Virus record (IMG/VR): IMGVR_UViG_3300028026_000005
Coordinates: 22,962-86,961 of that record
Strand: one strand, 5' to 3'
DNA length: 64,000 bases
DNA from: a virus
Shown here: in pieces, positions 37,851 to 46,452 of the stretch
Layout of the letters: each line of letters opens with the position of its first letter
Numbering within the stretch: position 1 is the first letter of the stretch
Notes under the pieces: model-generated
Database searches by the model: none
The model's input: the letters and a program-made list of their open reading frames with translations, nothing else
What the model was told of the DNA's origin: nothing
Position numbers and translations under genes: made by a program

Positions 37851-37878
37851 TTGACAAAAGTAAAATTGGTGTTATAAT
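37851..37878 (+). promoter_or_regulatory. Consensus sigma70 promoter with extended -10
   Basis: TTGACA-N16-TATAAT with TGn before the -10. Confidence 0.85.
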
Positions 37879-37924
37879 AGCAGTCCGCTGTTAAGGACGC
37901 AACTAGCGGAAAGGAGAACTAAGG

Positions 37925-38371
37925 TTGAGTAGCTCGGGACAGATCAAGATAGCTCGTCAGCAATTTGCTGATTCATTTAACATTATACCATGGGAATACT
38001 TCGTAACAATAACTTATGCAAAAAAACCAACATTAGATTGGGCTGACAACAAAGGCTGGCCTATTTTTTGCAACATTATTAGAGATCAACTCCCGCACAG
38101 GCATAGATTTGACTTTATTCGCGCAACCGAGCAGCACAAAAGCGGATACCCGCACCATCACGCCTTAATAACCGGCGTTGGACCCACCCTAAATTGTGAC
38201 AAAATACAAAGGAAATGCTTTACCGCCTTAGGGCGTATGAATATCCAACCATTTATCCTCAACGGAGGAGCCCTCAGGTATTGTTTTAAGCGTTTAGGGG
38301 AAGGTTCCTACTTAACAGTATCAAGATCTATCAAAAAGCGCATCGTAGGTAGCCCTCAAGCTGGCAGCTAA
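37925..38371 (+). CDS. Minimal HUH endonuclease (rolling-circle Rep-like)
   Basis: Motif I FVTITY, motif II EQHKSGYPHHHALI, motif III YCFK (YxxK); AAGGAG RBS; no helicase domain. Confidence 0.8.
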   Translation: MSSSGQIKIARQQFADSFNIIPWEYFVTITYAKKPTLDWADNKGWPIFCNIIRDQLPHRHRFDFIRATEQHKSGYPHHHALITGVGPTLNCDKIQRKCFTALGRMNIQPFILNGGALRYCFKRLGEGSYLTVSRSIKKRIVGSPQAGS

Positions 38372-38706
38372 AGTGCATTACTGGCTTTCGTAGTCACGGT
38401 AATCTTTGCGCGCCCAATAATAGAAGTTTAGCCAAAAGCTTCTTGCGGTCACGAAAACCTGTAGCAAGGGATTGCTCTTGTATGGGATAGAACTATCTAA
38501 AAATTTTTAAGTTCAGCTTTTCAACAATTTATTTCTTTTTGAGATTCAACTTTTCAATTTCAGTTATTAATTTAGTTTTCTAGTTTTATCGTGATTGCAT
38601 CCTTATTTTTTAGCCATCGCATTTCAGCGTTCCATAGTGTCTCTATATCATTTCCCAATAGATGTTATTCGTCCGTCCCGCTAGGCTCGCTTTTCTTGGT
38701 AAAATT

Positions 38707-38722
38707 CAGCCACTGAGTGGCC
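38707..38722 (-). repeat. GCCAC-N3-GTGGC copy (minus strand GGCCACTCAGTGGCTG)
   Basis: Plus strand CAGCCACTGAGTGGCC. Confidence 0.85.
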
Positions 38723-38726
38723 CTAT

Positions 38727-38763
38727 AAAAAAGCCCTCCAATGCCAAAGCAAAGGAAGGCTTT
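38727..38763 (-). terminator. Intrinsic terminator of the minus-strand operon
   Basis: Minus strand GCCTTCC..GGAGGGC stem followed by TTTTTT, about 20 nt after the stop at 38786. Confidence 0.7.
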
Positions 38764-38785
38764 ATGAAGAAGCTATTAAGAAGGT

Positions 38786-40099
38786 TTAAGTGTTAAATGT
38801 GATCGCGTTATTGTCTTTATCGTATTCTAGCTTATTTTGGTTATATGGGAGAACTAACATTACCACTTGGTCTACTTGCGACCTTGACGGTCGATACAGT
38901 TTAGCCCTCTGGGCAGCCGTAGAGTGGTCTGGATGGGCTTCTATTTCCATTTTAATGCCATAGGTTAGCTCTACGTATTTTACGAACCTAGCGACGTCTT
39001 CTTGTCCTTTCTTATTACCTAAGTACGTTGGGTCTAGATTGCTCTCGATGTATAGGTTGACGACTTTATCTCCTATTTCCGAACATTCCTGCTCGTCTAT
39101 ATCGGTTTTAATCACATGTTTGGGGAGTTCAGCGCTAATCTTTATACTTCTTGCTCCCTTGTCATCCCATGCTGGCAAGCTTATTTTTTTGAAATCGCCA
39201 AGAGATAGATAAACTTTGGTACCTATGGGCCATTCAAGGTGATCCATAGATGGGTTGTTTGACATATCTATGGTTATAGAGCTTGATGAAACGGCAATGA
39301 TTTCACCGGCAACTCTAGTTGTCGAGACATTTTTATTTTCAGCACGCAGTTGTTCGTCTGTAAGTGTTTTGTATCGATGGATAATCTCGGCTAATTTTTT
39401 GCTAGCAACAGGTTTATATACTCCTTTTTCCTTAGCTTCAGCAACACTGCTACATTTCTGTGGTAATGGCTCTATTGTTTTTTCCCATTCATCAATGTGT
39501 TTTCCTAACTGCGCTAAACGCCTATGTGACGTATCTTGGACATACTTGTCAAACGCTTGATAAACATCATTGTTACCAGTATTTATAAGCGTTACCATGT
39601 TTTCGGCTGATCTTTTTATATATTTAGCCCATGAGTAAGATGTAATACCAGTCTGAGAGATGAAGCTCTTGAAATTTGTTATTCCAAAATGCCTGCCGAA
39701 CTCACTCTCCCAAACTTTATTTTTATCAGCATGGTATAGGAATAAACCGATATTGATAGAGCCTATAAAAGCCAATCGTTGGTTTTGCGCTACGAAACTG
39801 CACATTTTATTAAATACTCGTTCAAGCATAGCATCCCTGCTTTCTCCACTGGAAGTTTGCCCTTCGTCAAACATGCTTAAAACATTTTGCATCATTGTAG
39901 CAAGAGTGCTCATTTCAACAATAGGTTCTCCAGGCTTTAATCCGCCGGTAACAGGTACGTTGTTGGTTAAATTTTCAGTTAAGTCTTCGGTTATCTCTTT
40001 TGGGGCTATTTCGCCCTTGATTACGCTAGTTGTTATCTCAGCCGCAGTGTTTAATTTGCGAATAACTGTAGTGAAGGAATCTTTTTTTTCTGAATCCAT
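38786..40099 (-). CDS. Hypothetical protein, possibly DNA-binding
   Basis: GGAGG RBS; IGLFLYHADKNKVW..FKSFISQTGITSYSWAKY loosely recalls phage DUF3102-like HTH segments. Confidence 0.65.
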   Translation of the reverse strand: MDSEKKDSFTTVIRKLNTAAEITTSVIKGEIAPKEITEDLTENLTNNVPVTGGLKPGEPIVEMSTLATMMQNVLSMFDEGQTSSGESRDAMLERVFNKMCSFVAQNQRLAFIGSINIGLFLYHADKNKVWESEFGRHFGITNFKSFISQTGITSYSWAKYIKRSAENMVTLINTGNNDVYQAFDKYVQDTSHRRLAQLGKHIDEWEKTIEPLPQKCSSVAEAKEKGVYKPVASKKLAEIIHRYKTLTDEQLRAENKNVSTTRVAGEIIAVSSSSITIDMSNNPSMDHLEWPIGTKVYLSLGDFKKISLPAWDDKGARSIKISAELPKHVIKTDIDEQECSEIGDKVVNLYIESNLDPTYLGNKKGQEDVARFVKYVELTYGIKMEIEAHPDHSTAAQRAKLYRPSRSQVDQVVMLVLPYNQNKLEYDKDNNAITFNT

Positions 40100-40116
40100 A
40101 AAAACCTCCTAAGGTG

Positions 40117-40659
40117 TTAAATATTCTTGTCTGCGCTAATGCGCAATTCCCAGCTGACGAACATTGTTCCGCCGACTAAATTTTTATCCCAAGTACGCTT
40201 GATCCACAAACCGAAAGGTGCTCCCGCATCTATTGGTGCTGAAGATAAAAGTGTAGGGTTGTCTTTGCTTCCAGCTTGTATCCATGTTATATTGTTAGGC
40301 TCAGTATTAATATCTGCAATGGTTTGTATTGTCCAGTCACCATTTTGATTGACAGCCTGTTCATATCCTATTTCAAAAGAATCAAGTTGATTAGGTAAGC
40401 TGATGTTCAAATGCTCCCTAGTAAGAGAAGCCTTAATGTCTTTTATAGCCGAATCGGTGTTGTTTAAGACAAACAATGCTTGGTAAGTTGTTGCAACCCC
40501 AGTCTTTGGGGTTGTTATAGAAGTCAAAAACATAGCCTTTGAAAAGGCGTGATGATTAGACATAACACCCCCAAGAGAGGCTAGAGGGTTTGAGTTGTCT
40601 TTCCCACCACTAAACAAATAATTGAAGCTCAAGTACGGAGCCATGTAATCTGTAGGCAT
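40117..40659 (-). CDS. Hypothetical phage protein, probably structural (beta-rich)
   Basis: SGGKDNSNPLASLGG..LFVLNNT..TIADINTEP..LWIKRTW pattern recalls a recurrent uncharacterised phage family. Confidence 0.55.
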   Translation of the reverse strand: MPTDYMAPYLSFNYLFSGGKDNSNPLASLGGVMSNHHAFSKAMFLTSITTPKTGVATTYQALFVLNNTDSAIKDIKASLTREHLNISLPNQLDSFEIGYEQAVNQNGDWTIQTIADINTEPNNITWIQAGSKDNPTLLSSAPIDAGAPFGLWIKRTWDKNLVGGTMFVSWELRISADKNI

Positions 40660-41549
40660 TACTTTTGTTCCTTATTGTTATTGCCATACAAGGCTTCACT
40701 TAATTTTTCTCTAGGGTCGCGGAGATATAAATGTTCCTTGAAATCTACAGGAGCAGCAGGCGTAGGCTTGTAACATTCCGCGAATTCTTCGCAAGCGCGG
40801 AAATCTATTTTGTGCTTTTCAGGGTTTACGTCTGTAAACTCTAAAAATTTCTTAAATAGAAGACCCATTTTTTCCGGCCAGAACATATTAAGCCCAAGAG
40901 AAACGCCTAAGCCAGATAATGTTTTGCCGTAAAAACGCTTGTTCCCATTGAAAAAATTCTTCCGAGCTATTTCGGCAAATTTATCGAAAATCCAATTAAC
41001 GTATCCGTCTTGAGTATCGCTTTCGAGTTTGTTTGGGTCTAGTATTTGATCTGGAAGAGCTATTACACAAGCTAAGAGCCCTGCGTTGATATCTAGTCTA
41101 AAAGCTATGCGTGTAACGATTTCGGCCGTTGCAGCAAAGTCTGGAGCTGTATCTAAAAGAAATGCACGTACATTTTCTTTCGTTATCTTTAGGGGATCTT
41201 TAGAGGCAGGTGTCTTAAACTGAAAACCTAGATTGATTTCAGTTATTCTATCTGTAGCTAACAATAACGTCTCGAATATTGGCCCAACATTTGGAGAACG
41301 TTTAGTGCTTGGATTTTGGGTGAAATCCCTAACTAGTAAACACTTATCAGTGATCTTTTTTTCCGCAGCTTCTTCTTGCACCCTCTTAGGTGTAAATTTT
41401 TGCGTTGGTCTTAGTTTAACGATAGCTTTAGCAAGTTTCTCGTCGTAAATAGTGTTACTCGTAACATTGAAACCTCTTAGCTTGCAAGCTATCTTAAGCT
41501 CAGCTATTACGGGACTGTTTGTCCCAACGGTAATAAATTTTGGTTTCAT
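40659..41549 (-). CDS. Protein with N-terminal peptidoglycan-binding-like domain
   Basis: GTNSPVIAELKIACKLRGF..YDEKLAKAIVKL resembles PG_binding_1; C-terminal domain unassigned. Confidence 0.45.
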   Translation of the reverse strand: MKPKFITVGTNSPVIAELKIACKLRGFNVTSNTIYDEKLAKAIVKLRPTQKFTPKRVQEEAAEKKITDKCLLVRDFTQNPSTKRSPNVGPIFETLLLATDRITEINLGFQFKTPASKDPLKITKENVRAFLLDTAPDFAATAEIVTRIAFRLDINAGLLACVIALPDQILDPNKLESDTQDGYVNWIFDKFAEIARKNFFNGNKRFYGKTLSGLGVSLGLNMFWPEKMGLLFKKFLEFTDVNPEKHKIDFRACEEFAECYKPTPAAPVDFKEHLYLRDPREKLSEALYGNNNKEQK

Positions 41550-41965
41550 TTGGTTTGCTCCTTGTTTTCTGTTAAAAGCATTGCAAAGGCTATGATTCGC
41601 TCTATATTTTGATCAGTAAGTTTTTGTTGATTAATTTGATTCGCAAGTTTAGACAGCTGTATCGGATGAGTCTCAAAGGCTGTATATATATCTTCAGGTA
41701 CAAAGTGGGTGCCAGCAACTTTGTTGTATAAAGAAAAAACAATACTTGGAGTAAGCTTCAGTAAAGTTACTAGTTCGTATAAAGGTTTAGGCGAGCGCAA
41801 AACTCTTTTCCCAGTACACACCTTAAATAGGTTAGACTGATCATTGAGCCCTGACTTCAAGGGAAGCTTGTTCGAACTTAAGTTATATCCAGCAGCATGT
41901 ATGGCGCTCTTAATTATTGAATACAAGCGTTCCCCTGCATGTTTTTTATTTTCAGGTTTGTTCAT
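41546..41965 (-). CDS. XRE-like helix-turn-helix regulator (probably leaderless, ATG 41965)
   Basis: LYSIIKSAI..SGLNDQSNLFKVCTGKR..LYELVTLLKL HTH pattern; the track's TTG start at 41998 coincides with a -35 box. Confidence 0.55.
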   Translation of the reverse strand: MNKPENKKHAGERLYSIIKSAIHAAGYNLSSNKLPLKSGLNDQSNLFKVCTGKRVLRSPKPLYELVTLLKLTPSIVFSLYNKVAGTHFVPEDIYTAFETHPIQLSKLANQINQQKLTDQNIERIIAFAMLLTENKEQTK

Positions 41966-41970
41966 ACCTG

Positions 41971-41998
41971 ATTTTAATGATTTTTTGCCACTTGTCAA
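41971..41998 (-). promoter_or_regulatory. sigma70 promoter (minus strand)
   Basis: Minus strand TTGACA-N16-TAAAAT, 5 nt before ATG 41965. Confidence 0.7.
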
Positions 41999-42107
41999 GT
42001 TATTTAAGGAGCCTTGCTCTCGAATAGAGACTAACTTAAGGTCTGAATTGACTTGTTTTCGTGTAAGGTATGGTAGGGTAAGTGTTTAACGTTTTTTTTC
42101 AGTTTTG

Positions 42108-42127
42108 GCGCATACTTAAGTATGCGC
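42108..42127. promoter_or_regulatory. Perfect 20-bp palindrome GCGCATACTTAAGTATGCGC
   Basis: Seen directly in the divergent intergenic region, 26 nt before the first head-module gene. Confidence 0.7.
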
Positions 42128-42153
42128 ATATCAATTCCAACAGGAGGCTTTTA

Positions 42154-43185
42154 ATGCCTAATTTGACAATAAGACAGGTAGGAATAGGGGTGCCTACTAG
42201 TAGAGGCGCTGGTTTTGAATTTGTGGATAAGATAAGCACTTCTGTTGCCGACCAAATAACAAAAGACAGCTCTCCGGCATTTGAGCCTAATCCCCTAATT
42301 TTTGCCGAAGCTGTAAAAAACAATTTAACAGAAGAGCAAATAAAACGTGTTTGCGAACAAGTGAACGTTAAGATCTATAAAAAGTTTTTTGACAGGAATA
42401 AACCTGCTGATATTAGATTCGAACTGGCTAACGCAGCCGAGGTTTGTCGCAATGTTAAGAGGCATCGGAAAGAAATTGAACCAAGCTTAGAGCCTACCGG
42501 AGGGATGATCAAAGAGACCGAAGCCGACCTCAAAGAGTTAGCTAGAAAAATAGTTAAATCTGGCGGGATTCGTTCACCGGAAGTAGATTATACAGCACTG
42601 ATGGGGTTAAAATCATTCGACGTGAAGCCACCCAGTGGCTCTATGAGCAAAGAGGCGCAAGCTGTCGTTGATTTTTTCATTAAAGAAGCTGGTAAAAATG
42701 GTAACGTAGGTGGATTTAGGGGAATAGATCGTACTGGGTTTGCAACAGTAAAAGCTAAGGCTATGCTGAACGACTTAGAGCGAAAGTATATAGTTGCGCT
42801 GAACAAGCATGGGAAATTGTATAGTTTGCTGAAGCAGGCCTATGTTCTTAATTTGATAGACGACGGAGCTAATCCTGTTGAACCGTACTGGTTGTTAGAA
42901 AAGATAGCTGCGGAGAATAAAAAAGTTGCTGAACATATTGAGGTAGTTAAAGCTAGTATTGATGCTGGACTCTCTGAACTTGTCTCGAGGAGATTTTTGC
43001 CAAATGATTTCTCGCTACTGGGGAAGACTGCAAGCTTGAGATATAAGATTGCCCCAGTTAACTACGACAACACCATTGCGCAGAACATGGTTAAACTTGC
43101 CGAGGCCTATCACGAGTCATCCATATTGCTTGAAAACATAGAAAACGTAAAAAAGGCTATTGCTATCATGGAGGCGTTAAAGTGA
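42154..43185 (+). CDS. Putative internal-head protein (K-x-A family)
   Basis: AGGAGG before ATG 42154 (track start 42082); SKEAQ, IKEAG, LKQAY, EKIAA, GKTAS, VKLAE. Confidence 0.7.
   Translation: MPNLTIRQVGIGVPTSRGAGFEFVDKISTSVADQITKDSSPAFEPNPLIFAEAVKNNLTEEQIKRVCEQVNVKIYKKFFDRNKPADIRFELANAAEVCRNVKRHRKEIEPSLEPTGGMIKETEADLKELARKIVKSGGIRSPEVDYTALMGLKSFDVKPPSGSMSKEAQAVVDFFIKEAGKNGNVGGFRGIDRTGFATVKAKAMLNDLERKYIVALNKHGKLYSLLKQAYVLNLIDDGANPVEPYWLLEKIAAENKKVAEHIEVVKASIDAGLSELVSRRFLPNDFSLLGKTASLRYKIAPVNYDNTIAQNMVKLAEAYHESSILLENIENVKKAIAIMEALK
42626..42640 (+). repeat. GCCAC-N3-GTGGC copy (AGCCACCCAGTGGCT), intragenic
   Basis: Perfect 6-bp arms, loop CCA. Confidence 0.7.
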
Positions 43186-43568
43186 ACGGTTTGGTAGCTG
43201 ACGGACTAAAAAAGATTGCTGGGAAAGTATCATTTTTAAGAAAAGGCAAGGCAGGTAAAAAAAGATCTCCATTCTCTTCGCTTTTTGGGGGCGCCTCTCG
43301 AAAAAAACTTCCTATTGGCTCGCTCGTTAGAGACGCAACCCCTTATCTTTTAATTGCCGCTGTTCCATCGGCAGCGCGAGTGGCTGCTACTGTGATTAAC
43401 AAGGAAAAGATTGAAAACCAAGAAATTCCTTTATCGGAATTAGATAAAGCTCTTCTGATACGGAAGCGCATGAGGGAAATTGGGGAGAGGAGTGGCGAGC
43501 TTTCCCCTGCGGAGACAATTATTGCCAATGGTGTAGCAAAAGCAGAAGGGGCCGAAAATGCCGAATAA
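43182..43568 (+). CDS. Small head-module protein with one hydrophobic segment
   Basis: KKIAG; YLLIAAVPSAARVAATVI; coupled to neighbours. Confidence 0.6.
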   Translation: MNGLVADGLKKIAGKVSFLRKGKAGKKRSPFSSLFGGASRKKLPIGSLVRDATPYLLIAAVPSAARVAATVINKEKIENQEIPLSELDKALLIRKRMREIGERSGELSPAETIIANGVAKAEGAENAE

Positions 43569-44613
43569 AATAGGCGCAGGCGTAGCTGACATCTTGGTCC
43601 CAGCAGCACTAGCTGCAAGTCAAGTAACAGCAGAAGCTGCTACAGGTAGTCTTTTGGCTGATGTTAGTGATAAGCAAACACGGATATCTAATCAACGGTT
43701 CCTTAATCTCTTAGAGGGAGCATATCCTAAACCTAAAAAAGAAGAAAAAGTTGATAGAGAGAGTGAAGAGGAAAGCGTTGGACAAAGGAGTAATATGTCG
43801 AACGCAACATTTAACGATTTAGGAGCAGATGTAGCAACTAAGGTTGCGTATTCCCAAGCTACATTAAAGAAGCTGGCGATTAAAGAAACTGACAAACGAT
43901 TATATGATACGCCGCCAGAGACTATGAAAGGTTTGGGTGCAATAGGTGCAATAACGGCACCAGCCTCTATCGCCGCAAGTTTTATCCCTGGCGTTGGAGT
44001 TCCTTTAAGCCTTGGATTAGATGCTGCAGAGGTGGTTGCAGCAAGAATTTCAGACGAGGGCGGCAAAAAGATGAGGATGCAATATTTTTTTGAAAGAGGC
44101 TTAGATGAAGCGGGCAAAAGCAAGCAATCGTTTATAGCAAGATTATCTGAAAAGCTTAAACAGTTAGGGTTAGCAAAAAAGGCTGAACTCGAGGAAGACC
44201 AAGGGTTTGGCTTGGCCCCATTGCTTGTCTCTACGGGGGTACGTGAAGGTGTTAAGGGGGCTTTAGGGGTAGTTAAGCACGTGGGGACGAAAGCGGTTAA
44301 GGCTGCCAGCGAGGCGATTGAAAAGAAAAAGTTTAAGAAAGAGTTTGGGAAGGCGTTTGCTAAAATGATGGAAGCCAACCCTGACTTTTTAGATCATCCG
44401 GTCGAGCTTGTTCAGGAGGGGGCTAGAGTTTTTGCCAGGTTTGCCCCAAGGTTAGCTGTTGACCATGTTACTCTCGGAACAGTAGTGCGTCAATATTTAG
44501 CGACTTCAGTAAATGAACAAGGGAGACACATCGGCCAGGTTGTGCCTGGGCAAGTCAAAGACTGGACAGATGCTGAGAAAAACCTAAGCCAGATAGAAAA
44601 GAATAAGAACTAA
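43558..44613 (+). CDS. Putative internal-head protein with internal start at 43795
   Basis: AAGGAG-taat-ATG in frame; TKVAY, KKLAI, KKAEL; Gly/Ala hydrophobic segments. Confidence 0.7.
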   Translation: MPNKIGAGVADILVPAALAASQVTAEAATGSLLADVSDKQTRISNQRFLNLLEGAYPKPKKEEKVDRESEEESVGQRSNMSNATFNDLGADVATKVAYSQATLKKLAIKETDKRLYDTPPETMKGLGAIGAITAPASIAASFIPGVGVPLSLGLDAAEVVAARISDEGGKKMRMQYFFERGLDEAGKSKQSFIARLSEKLKQLGLAKKAELEEDQGFGLAPLLVSTGVREGVKGALGVVKHVGTKAVKAASEAIEKKKFKKEFGKAFAKMMEANPDFLDHPVELVQEGARVFARFAPRLAVDHVTLGTVVRQYLATSVNEQGRHIGQVVPGQVKDWTDAEKNLSQIEKNKN

Positions 44614-44621
44614 GGCCAAAA

Positions 44622-46421
44622 ATGATTAAATATATTACCGCAAATTATGAGGGGGATGGGAAACCTCTACTTCGCGTTTTGGAGCAAGGTTTAATAAAAG
44701 GGGCAAGTTCAGTTGGCGAAATTGTTGCAAATAGCGGAGAGAGTAGACCTAGCTTAGAGGGCTTGGGTCCGCACATAATAGATTACGTTAATAACGTTTT
44801 ATTAAACGGCAAGCAGCCAAATGAAATATATATATTAGTTAATGCTGTTGCGGCTTGGGAAGCGTGGGGGGCAAACAAAAACGGAGATGCGTTTCCAGAG
44901 GAAATGCTGAGAGAGTGCCATTCGACATTTGAGTTGTACGGCAATGTGTTTAGAGAGCATAAACACACTGATAAAAATAATGCTATAGGTAGAGTTGTTA
45001 AGTCCTTTTATACTTGGTCTCAAAAAAGGGTGCAACTTATTATAGCTGTATACAAAGATAAAGCCAAGGATATTGTAGATAAAATAAATAAAGGACAGGC
45101 CTTTTCCGTGTCGATGGGCATCCATGTTCCATATGATATTTGTTCTATTTGTGGGAATAGGGCTAAAGCCAGGAAGTTTTACTGCGAACATTTGGCCTAC
45201 CATATGGGCGAGATTCTCGAAGATGGTAGACAGGTTTGCGCCATAAACCCACCAGGGAAATTTTTTGACTTATCCGTTGTCGGTGTTGGGGCTGACGAGA
45301 CGGCTTGGGGATTACAGAAAGTAGCGTCTGTTGGCGCGAAACCCAACAGTCATACTGTTACGCCTTGGGATTTTTCGCAAAAGAAGCAAGCGTCAAGTGT
45401 TACTGAAGAAAAAATTGAAAACATAGTTGCAGGGGTTCCTGAAGCGAATTTAGCAATAAATGAAGTTGTTAAACATGCGCCAGTATTTTTAGCGATCGAT
45501 AAGGATTTGCCTGAAGAGTTTTTCGAAAAGGTTGTCCCATATCATTCAACTGACGAAATCGTATCGTCTTGCGCTTCGATAGGGATACCATTAAAACCAC
45601 GTGAATTTATTAGAATAATATTGATAAAAGAATTTGACCTTAGTTCCCCAGCTACGCGAGGCGTACCGCAGGTTATTATTGACGACACAGCTGCAGCTTC
45701 GGCGACAGCTATGCTAGAAACTAAAGACATAGCATTTAGGAATATTGCGTCGTTGAGAGGTGCAGTTAATTCGGAAATAGTAAAGTATTTGGCAAAAATC
45801 GGCGCCATTAAAGAACGATCATTTGCTTATCCATTCCCAGGTATGCGATTAGCCGAATTCATGTCTGGGAACCGAACGATAACCGCGTCCGAACCTGTGG
45901 TACGTCTCGCAACCTTAGATAAAACTGCTGGGATAGCGACAGATCTTTTGACTGTTGGAGGGTTGTACCTTTTATCAAAAAAGGCGCCTGTGATTGGAGG
46001 GCTTGTAAACAAAGCCCAAGACACAATGAAAAAACATCCTTGGCTTATTCCTGCTACGTTAGGATTAGCTTTAGCTTTTGCACCAGGGCGTGGAGAAAAG
46101 GCGATCTCGACTATAATGCGCCCAACTAATGTTACGAAATTTTCTTCGCTATATCAAGATGTGATGCCGCACTTAGGGGCAGTAACTCCTTTGACGGCTG
46201 TTTTCCCTGTTGCGTACACAAAATTGAGTACGATTAACAAAGATGCCCGTGCCATGCTGACGAAGGCGTTAGCACCAAGAATGGTGGGGCATATAAGCAA
46301 GGTGGCAAGCCTTAAATCTGGTAGAGACCGTGCTGAAAGGTTGGTGCCACCGTCAGTTTCCGATTTAATGTTGTTAAACCAAGCTAGCAATAAGTTGGCT
46401 AGTATTAACAATATTACTTAG
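44622..46421 (+). CDS. Prohead maturation protease with long C-terminal extension
   Basis: FREHKH..AIGRV, FSVSMGIHVPYDICSICGN..CEHL, FFDLSVVGVGADETA (His/Ser protease motifs with Zn insertion); located before scaffold-like genes and the capsid. Confidence 0.75.
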   Translation: MIKYITANYEGDGKPLLRVLEQGLIKGASSVGEIVANSGESRPSLEGLGPHIIDYVNNVLLNGKQPNEIYILVNAVAAWEAWGANKNGDAFPEEMLRECHSTFELYGNVFREHKHTDKNNAIGRVVKSFYTWSQKRVQLIIAVYKDKAKDIVDKINKGQAFSVSMGIHVPYDICSICGNRAKARKFYCEHLAYHMGEILEDGRQVCAINPPGKFFDLSVVGVGADETAWGLQKVASVGAKPNSHTVTPWDFSQKKQASSVTEEKIENIVAGVPEANLAINEVVKHAPVFLAIDKDLPEEFFEKVVPYHSTDEIVSSCASIGIPLKPREFIRIILIKEFDLSSPATRGVPQVIIDDTAAASATAMLETKDIAFRNIASLRGAVNSEIVKYLAKIGAIKERSFAYPFPGMRLAEFMSGNRTITASEPVVRLATLDKTAGIATDLLTVGGLYLLSKKAPVIGGLVNKAQDTMKKHPWLIPATLGLALAFAPGRGEKAISTIMRPTNVTKFSSLYQDVMPHLGAVTPLTAVFPVAYTKLSTINKDARAMLTKALAPRMVGHISKVASLKSGRDRAERLVPPSVSDLMLLNQASNKLASINNIT

Positions 46422-46452
46422 TAGCAACCATAATCCTTACAAGGAGGAATTT

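Noticed and set aside
37925-38371. IS200/IS605 TnpA with TnpB/IscB
   Set aside because: Motif order and YxxK fit Rep-type HUH proteins; no RuvC-containing partner gene is adjacent.
43692-44378. Long antisense ORFs in the track (also 49966-50580, 61009-61713, 34379-34891, 62429-62941, 29134-29595)
   Set aside because: They lie opposite well-supported genes, lack RBSs and read as shadows of codon bias or repeats.
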